This document shows, piece after piece, positions 9,489 through 20,129 of a stretch of DNA of 64,000 nt. Within the stretch, counting starts at the first letter, position 1, and every line of letters begins with the position of its first letter. Source of the DNA: an uncultured delta proteobacterium. Lineage in GTDB: Bacteria; Desulfobacterota; Syntrophia; Syntrophales; UBA5619. The notes below the pieces were generated by a model. That model worked only from the letters and a program-made list of their open reading frames with translations. It was not told where the DNA came from and did not search any database. The position numbers and the translations under genes are program-made. The stretch lies in assembly GCA_963817385.1 (NCBI GenBank), contig CAWFOM010000001.1, forward strand, positions 128,001 through 192,000. The letters run 5' to 3'.

Positions 9489-10548
9489 ATGTCCGGAAAC
9501 ACCATCGGCGTCCTGTTTCGGGTCACCACGTGGGGGGAGTCCCACGGCCCGGCGACCGGGGCCGTCATCGACGGCTGCCCGCCCCGGATAGACCTCTCCG
9601 CGGCGGAGATCCAGGGGGAGCTCGACCGGCGGCGGCCGGGCGATTCTTCCGTCGACGAGCCCCCGCCGGGAGGCGGACCGGGTCGAGATCCTTTCCGGCG
9701 TCTTCGAGGGGAAAACGACGGGGACGCCGATCGCGCTCATGATCCGGAATGTCGATGCCGACAGCGCCGCCTACGACGGCCTCCGTGACCTCTTCCGCCC
9801 CGGCCACGGAGACATCACCTATCAGGCGAAATACGGGATCCGCGACCACCGGGGCGGGGGCCGGGCCTCGGGACGGGAGACCGCGGGACGGGTGGCCGCC
9901 GGCGCCGTCGCCCGCAGGGTGATCGCGCAGGCGGGCATCACCGTTCAGGCCTGGACGCGGGAGCTGGGCGGCATCGCCGCGGAGCCCCTCTCCCCGGCCA
10001 GGGCGGAGACAAGCCCCCTGCGCTGCCCTGATCCGGAAGCGGAAAAAACGATGCTCACCCGGCTGGAGGAGGCGCGGGCCGCGGGAGACACGCTCGGCGG
10101 GATCGTGGAGATCCGCGTCCGCGGCTGTCCGCCGGGCCTGGGCGAGCCGGTCTTCGGCAAGATCGACGCGGATATCGCCCACGCCCTCATGGGGATCGGG
10201 ACCGTCAAGGGGGTGGAAATCGGCGCGGGTTTCGCCGCCGCACGGATGACCGGCTCCGCCTGCAACGACCCCATCATTCCCGGAGGGCTTCCGGACCAAC
10301 AACGCCGGGGGGATCCTTGCCGGGATCACGAGCGGCGCGGAGATCGTCATCCGGGTCGCGTGCAAGCCCATCCCCTCCATCGCACGCCGCCAGGAGACCG
10401 TCGATGCGACAGGGACATCCCGCCGTCGTGACGATCGGCGGAAGGCACGACGCGTCGGTCATCCCGCGGATCATCCCGGTCTGCGAGGCGATGGTTGCGA
10501 TCGTCCTGGCGGATCATCTTATGCGGCAGAGGGCAATCTACGCGATGA
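9489..10548 (+). CDS. aroC: chorismate synthase (three +1 frameshifts near 9652, 10280, 10410; as sequenced the last frame runs on to 10709)
   Basis: [59 protein letters not shown]. Confidence 0.88.
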
Positions 10549-10673
10549 CGGCTCCGGAAAAAGCCCCCTATGCGGCGTTGCGCTTCACCCCTCGTCGTTG
10601 CGGCGTACGCCAGAGTACGCCTCACTCCTCGGGCCTCGCGCGCCTTGCCTCCGGGGCTTTTTGCGAAGCCGTT
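10547..10673. mobile_element. ~127-bp MITE-like element
   Basis: Terminal IRs GACGGCTCCGGAAAAAGCCC...GGGCTTTTTGCGAAGCCGTT; near-identical to the reverse complement of 52291-52416. Confidence 0.8.
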
Positions 10674-10719
10674 CGGGAATCAATATTTCTCCTCTCCTGT
10701 TTATTATGAAGGGTTGGCA

Positions 10720-11478
10720 ATGAAGGACTTTTCAATCGGCATTATCGGCGGGACGGGGGGAATCGGCAAATGGTTCGCCGCCTTCTTTGCCGCAGAGGGG
10801 TATCCCGTCCATTGCGCGGGGAGGAATAACGGGATGTCCATCCCCGAGCTCGCCCAGAGCTGCCGGGTCGTCATCGTCGCCGTTCCCATCGCGGCAACCC
10901 TCGATGTCATCCGGCGCGTGGGACCGCATCTTCCCGAGGACGCGCTCCTGATGGATCTCACGTCGCTGAAGGGAGAGCCGGTCCGGGCAATGCTGAAGGC
11001 CACGGCGGCGGAGGTCGTCGGCTGCCATCCCCTCTTCGGTCCGGATTGCCCCTCCCTCGCCGGCCAGAACATCATCTTGTGCCCGGGGCGGGGGGAGCGG
11101 TGGCTCAAACGGATGGAAGGGATCTTTGCAACAAGCGGCGCCCGCGTCACGGTTACGACGCCGGAGGAACACGACCGGATGATGGCCCTCACCCAGGGGC
11201 TGACCCATCTGGACACGATCCTCATGGGGCTGACGCTCCGCGACTCAGGGGTGGAGCCGTCTGAGCTCGATGCCTTTTCGACGCCCGTTTTCCGGACGAA
11301 GCAGGCGATCGTCGAGAAGGTCTTCGGCCTCCGCCCCGAGATGTACGCGGGGATTCTCGCGGGAAATCCGGAGATGCCTCAGATCATCGAGCGCTACGAA
11401 AAGAACCTCTCCCGCCTGAAGGAGCTGGTCCAAAACGGGGACGCCGCAGGCCTTGCGGCCCTTCTGAAGAAGCCGTGA
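10720..11478 (+). CDS. tyrA: prephenate/arogenate dehydrogenase
   Basis: IIGGTGGIG Rossmann motif, DLTSLK, HPLFGP, EHDRMMA..QGLTH. Confidence 0.9.
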   Translation: MKDFSIGIIGGTGGIGKWFAAFFAAEGYPVHCAGRNNGMSIPELAQSCRVVIVAVPIAATLDVIRRVGPHLPEDALLMDLTSLKGEPVRAMLKATAAEVVGCHPLFGPDCPSLAGQNIILCPGRGERWLKRMEGIFATSGARVTVTTPEEHDRMMALTQGLTHLDTILMGLTLRDSGVEPSELDAFSTPVFRTKQAIVEKVFGLRPEMYAGILAGNPEMPQIIERYEKNLSRLKELVQNGDAAGLAALLKKP

Positions 11479-11513
11479 CGGACCGCCGGCCTTTCCGAAT
11501 CAGGGAGGTACGA

Positions 11514-12582
11514 ATGCAAATCACAAAAAGAAGAATTGTAGATAAAATCTTTTTATCGTCCCTCTCTATTCTCACGATACTCTCCCTGCTGCACCTGCTT
11601 ATGCCCTGTTCCAGCGATGCAGCGGAAAGTGCTGATCGCCTGGCTCAGTGTGCCCGGATTGAAGATGGCGCGGCAAGATTGCAATGCTTTGACGATCTGA
11701 CCGGAAGGAAACCGCCGGCGTCCTTCGGAATCTGTTTTGACTAAACTCTGGGATTTAGATCCCAACAACAGGAAACGCTCGTTTGTGCTGACTCCGTACC
11801 GCCCCAACTATTTCCTGCCCGTTGCCTATAATTCCTCACCCAATAGAGATGCCGCTTTGGACTTTGATCCCAATGCCAAAGCGCAATACAATGAAGCAAA
11901 ATTCCAGATAAGCGTCAAAGCGAAAGTCTTGGAGGACGTTTTTCAAGATACACTGAAAGACGTGTTCGAAAAGGATATCGGTGTTAAGGGTATTGACATC
12001 TGGTTTGCCTATACGCAGCTCTCGTTTTGGCAGCTTTACAACTCGGCGTTTTCCGCACCCTTCCGAGACACCAATTACGAACCGGAACTCCTTGTCAACT
12101 TGCGCACTGATTATAAAATACTGGGTTTCAAAGGCCGCATTCTCAACCTGGGGTTTAACCATCAATCCAATGGCCGTTCCAAGCCCCTTTCCCGCAGCTG
12201 GAATCGATTGGTGGCAAATGTCGGTCTCGAAAAAGACAACGTAAACGTGCTGCTGAAAACATGGTATCGAATACCGGAGGACGAACAGGGTGACGATAAT
12301 CCCGATCTTAGCAGATACATGGGATACGGTGAACTCTGGGGAACGCTCTATTGGAAAAAACAGCGGTTTGCCGCGATGCTCCGCAATAATCTCAGGCCGG
12401 GTGATAATCTGGGCGCAATTCAACTGGATTGGAGTATCCCCCTATCCATGATCCATGAACGCTTTAGCGATAAGTTTAGTTTCTACCTCCAGTACTTCAA
12501 CGGCTATGGAGAGAGCCTGCTCGACTACAACAAATCCATCAATCGAATTAGCGCGGGCGTTATGATAGCGGAGTGGAACTAA
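11514..12582 (+). CDS. pldA: outer-membrane phospholipase A1 (one +1 frameshift near 11730)
   Basis: Signal peptide; EAKFQISVK, YTQLSFWQLYN, PFRDTNYEPE, HQSNG, SRSWNR, GYGESLLDYN. Confidence 0.88.
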
Positions 12583-12962
12583 GCGGGCACCATGATCGCC
12601 ACACTCTCGTCTCGCCGCAACATCTTGGGCAACAGATCTGAACCGCATCCATGATTCCCGGTCTTTTTATCCGTAGCTTATGCCTACCAATGTGCTTCCA
12701 TTTAATCCTCATTGAGTTACCCTGGCACAAGCATTACACTAACAACAAAATCAAACGATTCGGCGAACAGCCATCTCAATCTGCACTATCACTCAAACCC
12801 ACTTGAAGTCCGCCGCGTGACGGCGGTCCGAATAACGGGCCGGTTCAGCAAGCTCTCAGGAACATCTCGATTTGATCAGTCTCAGGCGGTCTTTCACGGA
12901 TAGAGAGATTGGCGCCCCCGCCATTTGCACGGGTTGGGCTGCGCAGAAAGGGGGTTTGTCCC

Positions 12963-13556
12963 ATGGAAACCATGGTGAAATTTTTAACTGCATTTTTTCT
13001 GGCATCCGCTATCGTTTTATGGCTAGCCCCACACTACGAAAACCGATTACGCGGAGAAAGCTCCCCATATCCGAAAACCTATAGCAAACCGGTGAAGCGA
13101 GCCATAGCGAAATCCATCCGATGGGCCGATGACGAACAAATTCTCCGACTGGTAAAGAGGGCAGAAAAAAAATATGGCGGTCACATCAATCGCATATCAA
13201 AAAAGTATGACGCTTCCCCGAAGGATATCAGAGCTATTGCCATCGTTGAGTCGTCAATAGATGAAAAAGCCAAATCCCGTGAAGGCGCCATTGGCCTGAT
13301 GGGAGTCAAAAGAACGACCGGGATGGATATGGGCTTTAACGACATCGAGCATCCGCTCAATAATCTGAATGCGGGGACAAAATACTACACGACGCTGCTT
13401 AAGAAATTCAAGGATCGGGAATTGGCGTTAGCCGCTTACAACCTTGGCCCGGCGGGAGTGGAAAACCGATTAAGCAGCGGTTTTGATCCCGAGGCGATGG
13501 TATATATCTGGAAGATCAGGCGGGTCGTACACATCATTAATAAGTCCGAATCATAA
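12963..13556 (+). CDS. lytic transglycosylase (SLT domain)
   Basis: AIAIVESS, GAIGLM, ALAAYNLGP. Confidence 0.85.
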   Translation: METMVKFLTAFFLASAIVLWLAPHYENRLRGESSPYPKTYSKPVKRAIAKSIRWADDEQILRLVKRAEKKYGGHINRISKKYDASPKDIRAIAIVESSIDEKAKSREGAIGLMGVKRTTGMDMGFNDIEHPLNNLNAGTKYYTTLLKKFKDRELALAAYNLGPAGVENRLSSGFDPEAMVYIWKIRRVVHIINKSES

Positions 13557-13599
13557 CCAAATTACCCCCGATGCCGATACCGACGCACGCCCCTTTTCC

Positions 13600-13628
13600 T
13601 TGACATGCAGGAGACCTTCCGTTATCTT
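13600..13628 (+). promoter_or_regulatory. sigma70-type promoter
   Basis: TTGACA-17 bp-TATCTT upstream of 13704 gene. Confidence 0.55.
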
Positions 13629-13703
13629 CTGTTCGCTTAAAAAGGCAGGCTGTCCGGCAACGGTTCCGTTCCAATACCCCATTCACCGAAAAGGAGATTC
13701 GCC

Positions 13704-14705
13704 ATGTCTCAGGAAATGATCAAGGTTATCGTAACGACCCCCCTCGATGAGCGGACTCTGCAGAAAATTAACGCGGTCAGCGACCGAATCCACGTTGACC
13801 AGGTCTCCCCTTGGGTCCTCGCGGAGAGGAAAGGAGATATCTCCAACAAGGAGAAACTGGACCTCCTTCTGGGACAGGCGGATATCATCTACGGCTGGAT
13901 CCACCACTTTCCGAAAAACCTTCTCGAGCGAACCGGCCGCCTGAAATGGATACAGACCATGTCGGCAGGCGTGGACCTGATGCCCGAAGAGATCCGGAAA
14001 AGCCGGGTAAAAATCGTCAACGCTACCGGCCTCCACGGCACCCCGATGGGGGAAATGGTCCTGGAGATGATGCTGATGTTTGCGAAAGACGCCCCCGCCT
14101 GCTTTCAGATGAAACAGGCCAGGGAATGGAGGCGCTTCAGACCGAAGCTTCTGAAAGGGCAGACGGTGGGGATCCTGGGGCTGGGGGTCGTCGGAAGAGA
14201 AATTGCGCGCCTCTGCAAGGCGTTCGGAATGAAGGTGATCGGTATCCGCAGGTCCGGCCAACCGGAACTACCCTTTCCGGAAGTGGATCGCGTTTATCCG
14301 CCCGGGCAACTGCCCGAGGTGCTGGCCGAAAGCGACTTCGTCGTTCTGGCCCTCCCGCTTACGAAGGAAACTCGATGCCTGATCGGAGAGAAGGAGCTGC
14401 GGGGTATGAAACCGACAGCCTTTTTGATCAATCCGGCGCGGGGGGCCATCGTTGATGAAGGGGCATTGGTTCGCGCCCTGGAGGAAAAATGGATCGCCGG
14501 CGCGGGGCTCGACGTCTTCATCAAGGAACCCCTTCCCCCGGAGAGCCGATTCTACGAACTGCCCAATGTGATCTTCAACCCCCACATCTCGGGGGACATG
14601 CCCGATTACGAATTGCATGCCACCGAAGTCTTCTGTGAAAACCTCAGAAGGTATCTTGCAGGTGAACCGTTTCTGCATGAAGTCGATCAGGGAAAAGGGT
14701 ACTGA
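13704..14705 (+). CDS. D-2-hydroxyacid dehydrogenase family protein
   Basis: GILGLGVVG, LPLTKET, INPARG, LDVFIKEPLP, PHISG. Confidence 0.9.
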   Translation: MSQEMIKVIVTTPLDERTLQKINAVSDRIHVDQVSPWVLAERKGDISNKEKLDLLLGQADIIYGWIHHFPKNLLERTGRLKWIQTMSAGVDLMPEEIRKSRVKIVNATGLHGTPMGEMVLEMMLMFAKDAPACFQMKQAREWRRFRPKLLKGQTVGILGLGVVGREIARLCKAFGMKVIGIRRSGQPELPFPEVDRVYPPGQLPEVLAESDFVVLALPLTKETRCLIGEKELRGMKPTAFLINPARGAIVDEGALVRALEEKWIAGAGLDVFIKEPLPPESRFYELPNVIFNPHISGDMPDYELHATEVFCENLRRYLAGEPFLHEVDQGKGY

Positions 14706-14774
14706 AAGAAACTCGATCCCTTCGAATGAAGTTCTCCGCAGAAGTTGCAGGGCCGGGGCGCGTTTGATGCAGAG

Positions 14775-14790
14775 CGGCATTAAATTTGCT
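14775..14790 (+). promoter_or_regulatory. sigma54 (-24/-12) promoter
   Basis: CGGCATTAAATTTGCT, canonical GG-N10-GC, ~150 bp upstream of LysM-RlpA gene. Confidence 0.5.
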
Positions 14791-14939
14791 TATAACAGCC
14801 GGGAGATCGTTACAAGACCTGGCGCCCCTATTGGATGATACCGGGAACGTCTTTACATCCTTGACAAAAACGGGAAATACTGTTCCCCTGAAGTTGCACG
14901 TTTTTTGACACAACCCCTGACAAGGAGACGAACAGCCCT

Positions 14940-15590
14940 ATGGAGGTAACACCCACAGGAAATGCCGGAGAAGGACTCTCCGCGAAAACCGGTATCCGGA
15001 CCTCGGCCCGGAAGGCGTCAAAAAAATTTTCCGAGACGTTAACGGCCAGCCTGGAGACACAGCCGGCAACACCGGCCCCGGCCAAGCCGGAATCCCAGCC
15101 CGCAAAACCCGCCCCGGTCAAGAATGAGCCGATCGAATATATCGTCAAGCAGGGAGACACCCTCTGGAAGATCGGGAGGCAGATGTTCAACCGGGACCCG
15201 TTTCAGATAGCCAGGGATAACGGCCTTGCCAACCCGAACCTGATCCGGCCTGGCCAGAAATTGATCATCAATCCGGCTCCCCCCCGACCCGCTCCTCCCA
15301 CCGTGAGCGGGGAAGTGACCGCCAGTTGGTATGGACCGGAACACCACAACAAGCTGACGGCCAGCGGGCAAAGGTTCGACATGAACAAAAACACCCTGGC
15401 CCACAGGACCTTGCCCATGGGGACCAAGGTCCGGCTTGTCAACCCCGATAACGGCAAGTCCGCCGAAGGGGTTGTCAATGACCGGGGACCCTTTATCAAA
15501 GGCCGGGATGTGGATGTCTCCTATGCGATGGCCAAGCAACTCGGCTTCGTCAGGAAAGGGGTCACGAAGCTCGACATAGAAACGATATAG
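14940..15590 (+). CDS. LysM + RlpA-like (DPBB) lytic transglycosylase
   Basis: YIVKQGDTLWKIG..NPNLIRPGQKL; ASWYG, TASGQRFD, AHRTLPMGT, VNDRGPF. Confidence 0.88.
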   Translation: MEVTPTGNAGEGLSAKTGIRTSARKASKKFSETLTASLETQPATPAPAKPESQPAKPAPVKNEPIEYIVKQGDTLWKIGRQMFNRDPFQIARDNGLANPNLIRPGQKLIINPAPPRPAPPTVSGEVTASWYGPEHHNKLTASGQRFDMNKNTLAHRTLPMGTKVRLVNPDNGKSAEGVVNDRGPFIKGRDVDVSYAMAKQLGFVRKGVTKLDIETI

Positions 15591-15688
15591 GCGGCTTGAA
15601 GGAATACCCGTATCGTACGTGGCATTGACCGGTGAGGCGATTTGGCCTATAAGAAGAACGAGACAATCATCACACCGAGGAGGAAACA

Positions 15689-16277
15689 ATGCTGAAAAAG
15701 ATTCTGGTCATCCTGGCCTGCGGTCTGCCGATTTTCTGCGCCGGCGTCGCGGCCGCCGCCGAACCGGCCGCCGGGAACCCTGTCGTTACTCATGGAAACC
15801 AGCCTGGGGAATGTGAAACTGGAACTCTTCACTAAGGAGGCGCCGATCTCGGTAAGGAACTTCCTGGGCTATGTCACCGGCGGTTTCTATGACGGCACCG
15901 TCTACCACCGGGTAATTCCCAACTTCATGATTCAGGGCGGAGGATTCACGGCCGACCTGCAGCAGAAACAGACCAACCCGCCAATCAAAAACGAAGCGGA
16001 CAACGGTCTGAAGAACCGGCGGAGCACGCTCGCCATGGCCCGCACCATGGTGGTCGATTCAGCTACGGCCCAGTTCTTCATCAACGTGAAAGATAATGGC
16101 TTCCTCGACCATCGCGACAAAACGCAGCAGGGGTACGGGTATGCGGTCTTCGGTAAAGTCAGCGAAGGGATGGACGTAGTCGACAAGATCGCCGCCGTCA
16201 AGACCGGCATGCAGAAGGGTTTCCGGGACGTCCCGGAAACACCGGTCGTCATCAAGTCGATGAAGGTTCTCCCGTAA
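15689..16277 (+). CDS. ppiA: periplasmic cyclophilin-type PPIase (+1 frameshift near 15789 after signal peptide)
   Basis: SD GAGGAG then [12 protein letters not shown] signal peptide; [33 protein letters not shown]. Confidence 0.88.
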
Positions 16278-16280
16278 CCG

Positions 16281-16308
16281 AAAAGGGCGCCCCCGGGCGC
16301 CCTTTTTT
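16281..16308 (+). terminator. intrinsic terminator (possibly bidirectional)
   Basis: AAAAGGGCGCC-CCCG-GGCGCCCTTTTTT between convergent genes. Confidence 0.85.
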
Positions 16309-16377
16309 CTGCCCGCCAACAGGGCGGATCGTTATCTGGCGCGACACCACGTCAGAAGAGCATGTTTCATCATCCGG

Positions 16378-17980
16378 TCAGAGGATTTGATCATATTCCG
16401 CCGGATCGACCACCGCCTCGATCACCACCGGTTCGCTTCCGGACAGGGCCTGCTTCAGCGCCTCCCGGAATTCCTCCTCCCGCCGGGCGACGATCACCCG
16501 GGCGCCGAAGAAATTGTCGGATGATCGGTAGCCGGGGCCGAACAGTTCAACGCCGTCGAAATGATAGCGGTGCTTGGCCTGCTTCGCTTTGATGAGGCTG
16601 AGCGTGTTGTCCCGCAAAAGGACGATCACAACAGGCAGCCGGAGACGAACGGCCGTATTGATCTCGCCGACCGACATCAGGAATCCCCCATCCCCGACGC
16701 AGGCCAGAACGGGGCGACCGGGCTGAACGAGCTTGGCCGCGACGGCGGCGGGAATGGCAAAGCCCATCGAAGACCATCCGTTGGAGACCAGGAAGCTTCC
16801 CGGCCCTCCGGCCTCCCAGAGCTGTCCGATGAGGTGGGTGTGGGCGCCGACGTCCACGCACAGCAGCCCCTCCCGCGGGAGGATCTGCCGCATCGCCAGA
16901 ACGGTGTGGTGCGGAGAGAAACGTTTCCGGGATGGGGTCAAGGCGCGATAGAGCTTTCGGCGATGCCCGGGCAGCGCCTCCAGGTCCCAGTGATGGCGCA
17001 ATTCCGGGATGGCGAGCAGGGCCTTCAGGATCTCCCGGATGTTCCCGACGAGCTGGCAGGCGACGGAGTAACCCCCGGCAATGTCCGCCGGAACGGTGTC
17101 GATATGGATGAGGGGAAGGTCCTTCCGTATCCATTCTTCGTAGTTGAACTCCACCGGATCATAACCGACTGCGATGACCAGGTCCGTCGGCGCGCAATAT
17201 TCCGCGACCATCTCCCTTCTCGCCCTGCCCAGCACCCCGACCAGCTGCGGGCCCTCTTCCGGCACCTGTCCCTTGGCCATCAGGGTCGTCACGACGGGGA
17301 GGCGGTGTTTGCCGACAAACTCCCTGAGCTCGCCGGTCGCCTGCGCCCTGTTCATGGTAAGACCGACGGCCACCAAGGGATAGTGGGCCTTCCGGATCAG
17401 ATCAACCGCCGTTTCCAGCGCCGTCCGATCGAACGGCGGGAGGGGCGCCGGGACGGCGGACTGCGCCACGGGGTTTTCATCCGGCAGCTCCTCGGCCGTA
17501 TCCTCCGGAAAATCGAGATGGACGGGGCCGGGCTGCTCGGCCATGGCGATCTCCTCGGCCTTGTTCATCGTGGCGCCGGATGCTGCCCGTTTCGAGCTCC
17601 GCGCTCCATTTGGAGATGGGGGCGTAAAGCCGCCGGTGGTCGATGTGCATCTGCACCGTCCGGCCCTTCCAGAGACGGCCCACCTGGGCCGTGATCGCCA
17701 AGAGCGGAACACGATCCAGGAAGGCGTTCCCCACCCCGGTCGTCATGTTGGTCGCGCCCGGCCCCAGCGTCGAAAGGCAGGCCCCAACCCTGCCCGTCAG
17801 ACGACTGCTCACATCGGCCATGAACCCTGCGGAGGCCTCATGGGCAACCGCGACGAATTCGACGGGACCTCCGTGGAGGGCCTCGATCAGTCGTGCATTC
17901 GGCCCCGCGATATACCCGAAGAGATGGCGAACCCCGGCTTCTGCAAGTCCTTCCGCGACAAGATCGGCATTGCTCTTCAT
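16378..17980 (-). CDS. thiamine-diphosphate enzyme, acetolactate synthase-like (one +1 frameshift near 17575)
   Basis: HEASAGFMAD, STLGPGATN, SMGFAIP, GDGGF...DN TPP motif. Confidence 0.85.
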
Positions 17981-18036
17981 TTCGTGCCCCCCGGAACATC
18001 GTTTTTGTTTTTACATAGTATCCATGCGACCGATTG

Positions 18037-18081
18037 TCAATATTGAAATATCAAAGATAGCGCTTGAATTTTCAATATTGA
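18037..18081. promoter_or_regulatory. 18-bp inverted repeat, candidate operator
   Basis: TCAATATTGAAATATCAA / TTGAATTTTCAATATTGA (16/18), each containing palindrome TCAATATTGA. Confidence 0.6.
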
Positions 18082-18098
18082 TCATTTAGGCTGCAACC

Positions 18099-19244
18099 AT
18101 GAACCTTATTGACAGAAAAACAGATCGGGCAACATTAACCAAGCTCATGTCCGTATTTTCCGTCACCGCGATTCTTGGCCCCCGGCAGTGCGGAAAAACG
18201 ACGCTGGCCCGAACACTCGCTGCCGATTCCTATTTCGATCTGGAAAACCCACAGGATCTTGCCCGTTTGGAACAGCCTCAGCTCGCCCTGGAAGACCTGA
18301 CGGGACTCATCGTCATCGACGAGATCCAGCGGTTGCCCGATCTTTTTCCTCTCCTGCGCTACCTGGTGGATCAAGGGAAAAACCGCAAGTTCGTCATCCT
18401 GGGAAGCGCCTCCCGTGATTTGATCCGTCAGAGTTCGGAATCCTTGGCTGGGAGGATTGCCTATTTTCAATTGGGTGGTTTCCGCCTGAGCGACATCGAT
18501 CCCGGGGCCATCAAGGCCCTGTGGCAGCGCGGGGGTTTGCCCCGATCTTTTCTGGCGGCGTCGGACGAAGAAAGCCTGCTCTGGCGGAACCAATACGTGA
18601 CGACCTTCCTGGAAAGGGACATCCCCCAGTTGGGGATTACGATCCCCGCCCGGACGCTGCGCCGCTTCTGGACCATGCTGAGCCATTATCACGGCCAGGT
18701 CCTGAACTATGCGGAGCTGGGCCGCTCCTTCGGCGTCTCCGATATGACCGTCCGGAAATACTGCGATATTCTGGAAGGCACGTTCATGGTCCGCATCCTC
18801 CAGCCCTGGTCCGTCAACATCGGGAAACGCCTGGTGAAGCGGCCGAAATTATACCTGCGCGACTCCGGGCTGTTCCATGCTCTGCTGTCCATTGAAACGC
18901 CGGAGCAACTGTACGCCTCACCGCGACTCGGCGCCTCTTGGGAAGGCTTTGCCCTCGATTGCGTCTGCCGAACCCTGGACAAGGAAGATGGGGACCTCTA
19001 TTTCTGGCACACCCACGCCGGCGCGGAGTTAGATCTTTTCTGGCAGGCGGGGGGACGAAACTGGGGTGTGGAATTCAAGTATGAAGATGCCCCTCGATTG
19101 ACCCGATCCATGAAGACGGCAGTTGAAGACCTTAAATTGGATCAGCTGTGGGTGGTCTATCCCGGTAAAGCGGTTTATCGTCTCATCGAAAGGGTCCAGG
19201 TGCTTCCCCTTGCGGACATCAGCGAAACCTGGAACTACGGATAA
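18099..19244 (+). CDS. AAA_14-type ATPase with HTH and DUF4143/nuclease-like C-terminus
   Basis: GPRQCGKTT, VIDEIQ, LGSAS, SESLAGR, RGGLP, KRPKLYLRDSG, ELDL..VEFK. Confidence 0.85.
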   Translation: MNLIDRKTDRATLTKLMSVFSVTAILGPRQCGKTTLARTLAADSYFDLENPQDLARLEQPQLALEDLTGLIVIDEIQRLPDLFPLLRYLVDQGKNRKFVILGSASRDLIRQSSESLAGRIAYFQLGGFRLSDIDPGAIKALWQRGGLPRSFLAASDEESLLWRNQYVTTFLERDIPQLGITIPARTLRRFWTMLSHYHGQVLNYAELGRSFGVSDMTVRKYCDILEGTFMVRILQPWSVNIGKRLVKRPKLYLRDSGLFHALLSIETPEQLYASPRLGASWEGFALDCVCRTLDKEDGDLYFWHTHAGAELDLFWQAGGRNWGVEFKYEDAPRLTRSMKTAVEDLKLDQLWVVYPGKAVYRLIERVQVLPLADISETWNYG

Positions 19245-19264
19245 CAGATCAAAGGAGAATGATC

Positions 19265-19497
19265 ATGTCACAAGTCGAAATGCTTGAGCAGACTGTCAAA
19301 CAGCTTAGCCCCGGTGAACTGGCCGCTTTTCGTTCCTGGTTTATCGAATTTGATGCAGCCGAATGGGATCATCAGATAGAAATAGATAGCACCCATCCCT
19401 CCACTTCAAGAAAATCAGCAAATACAGATCAGTCCGCATAGGGATGCATTATCGGGCACTGGCTGTTGAGATGCCTGAGGGCCTGTTGTGGTTCTGG
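19265..19497 (+). pseudogene. deletion-fused TA pair: antitoxin N-terminus joined out of frame to an internal ParE/RelE-like toxin fragment
   Basis: MSQVEMLEQTVKQLSPGELAAFRSWFIEFDAAEWDHQIE, then from 19390 HPSLHFKKISKYRSVRIGMHYRALAVEMPEGLLWFW. Confidence 0.65.
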
Positions 19498-19919
19498 CGA
19501 TTCGGGACATCAATTTGACGCAGGTCGTGGCATATTATGAGATCGGACGGGAGATCGTTGAATATGAGCAGGCCGGAAAACGACGCGCCGGTTATGGTGA
19601 AGAGCTTATTGTAAAGTTGGCAGAAGATATGACCGGTAGATTCGGCAGGGGCTTTTCAGAAAGAAATCTCAGGAACATGAGGGCTCTTTATCTTGCACTT
19701 CCAATTCGGCAGACACTGTCTACCGAATTGGAAAGCCAGGTTGCCGCTCCTGCCAATTTTACGCCGTCGCTGTCATGGTCCCATTACTGTGAGTTGCTGA
19801 AGGTGGACGAACCCCTCGCCCGATCCTTCTACGAAAAAGAGTCGTTTCAGAAAAATTGGTCGGTAAGGGAACCGGGGACACCCTCAGGCCATCATAAATG
19901 CGGAAAATTACGTCGCTAA
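19494..19919 (+). pseudogene. DUF1016/YhcG N-terminal fragment
   Basis: YEIGREIVEYEQAG..RAGYG, GRGFSERNLRNMR, LSWSHY, FYEKE..NWSVRE; lacks start and C-terminal nuclease domain. Confidence 0.75.
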
Positions 19920-19928
19920 TTGATACCA

Positions 19929-20114
19929 TTGACATAAGTTAACGTGCGGGTTAGCCTATCGGCGTGATTACTTGAATCGGAAAGGGAAGAAGAGATGAGT
20001 GACCTGAAAAAATATATCGCAAAGCGGAAGAAGACGGATAAGGAATTTGCGGAGGGTTTTGAGGAAGGCTACGAGCAATTCAAGATCGGGGTTGTTCTCG
20101 TATTTTCGACATAG
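19929..20114 (+). pseudogene. remnant HigBA-like TA: promoter, last toxin codons, antitoxin N-terminus without HTH
   Basis: TTGACA-17-TAGCCT; DYLNRKGKKR*; 19995 MSDLKKYIAKRKKTDKEFAEGFEEGYEQFKIGVVL then premature stop. Confidence 0.6.
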
Positions 20115-20129
20115 ATTGAGGAGACATCG

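Noticed and set aside
6255..10415. Programmed frameshifting as a regulatory layer in aroD/aroE/aroC
   Set aside because: No common slippery motif; identical +1 breaks occur in unrelated genes window-wide
10549..10709. C-terminal extension of AroC and N-terminal extension of TyrA (ORF from 10570)
   Set aside because: Both are read-through of the MITE-like repeat
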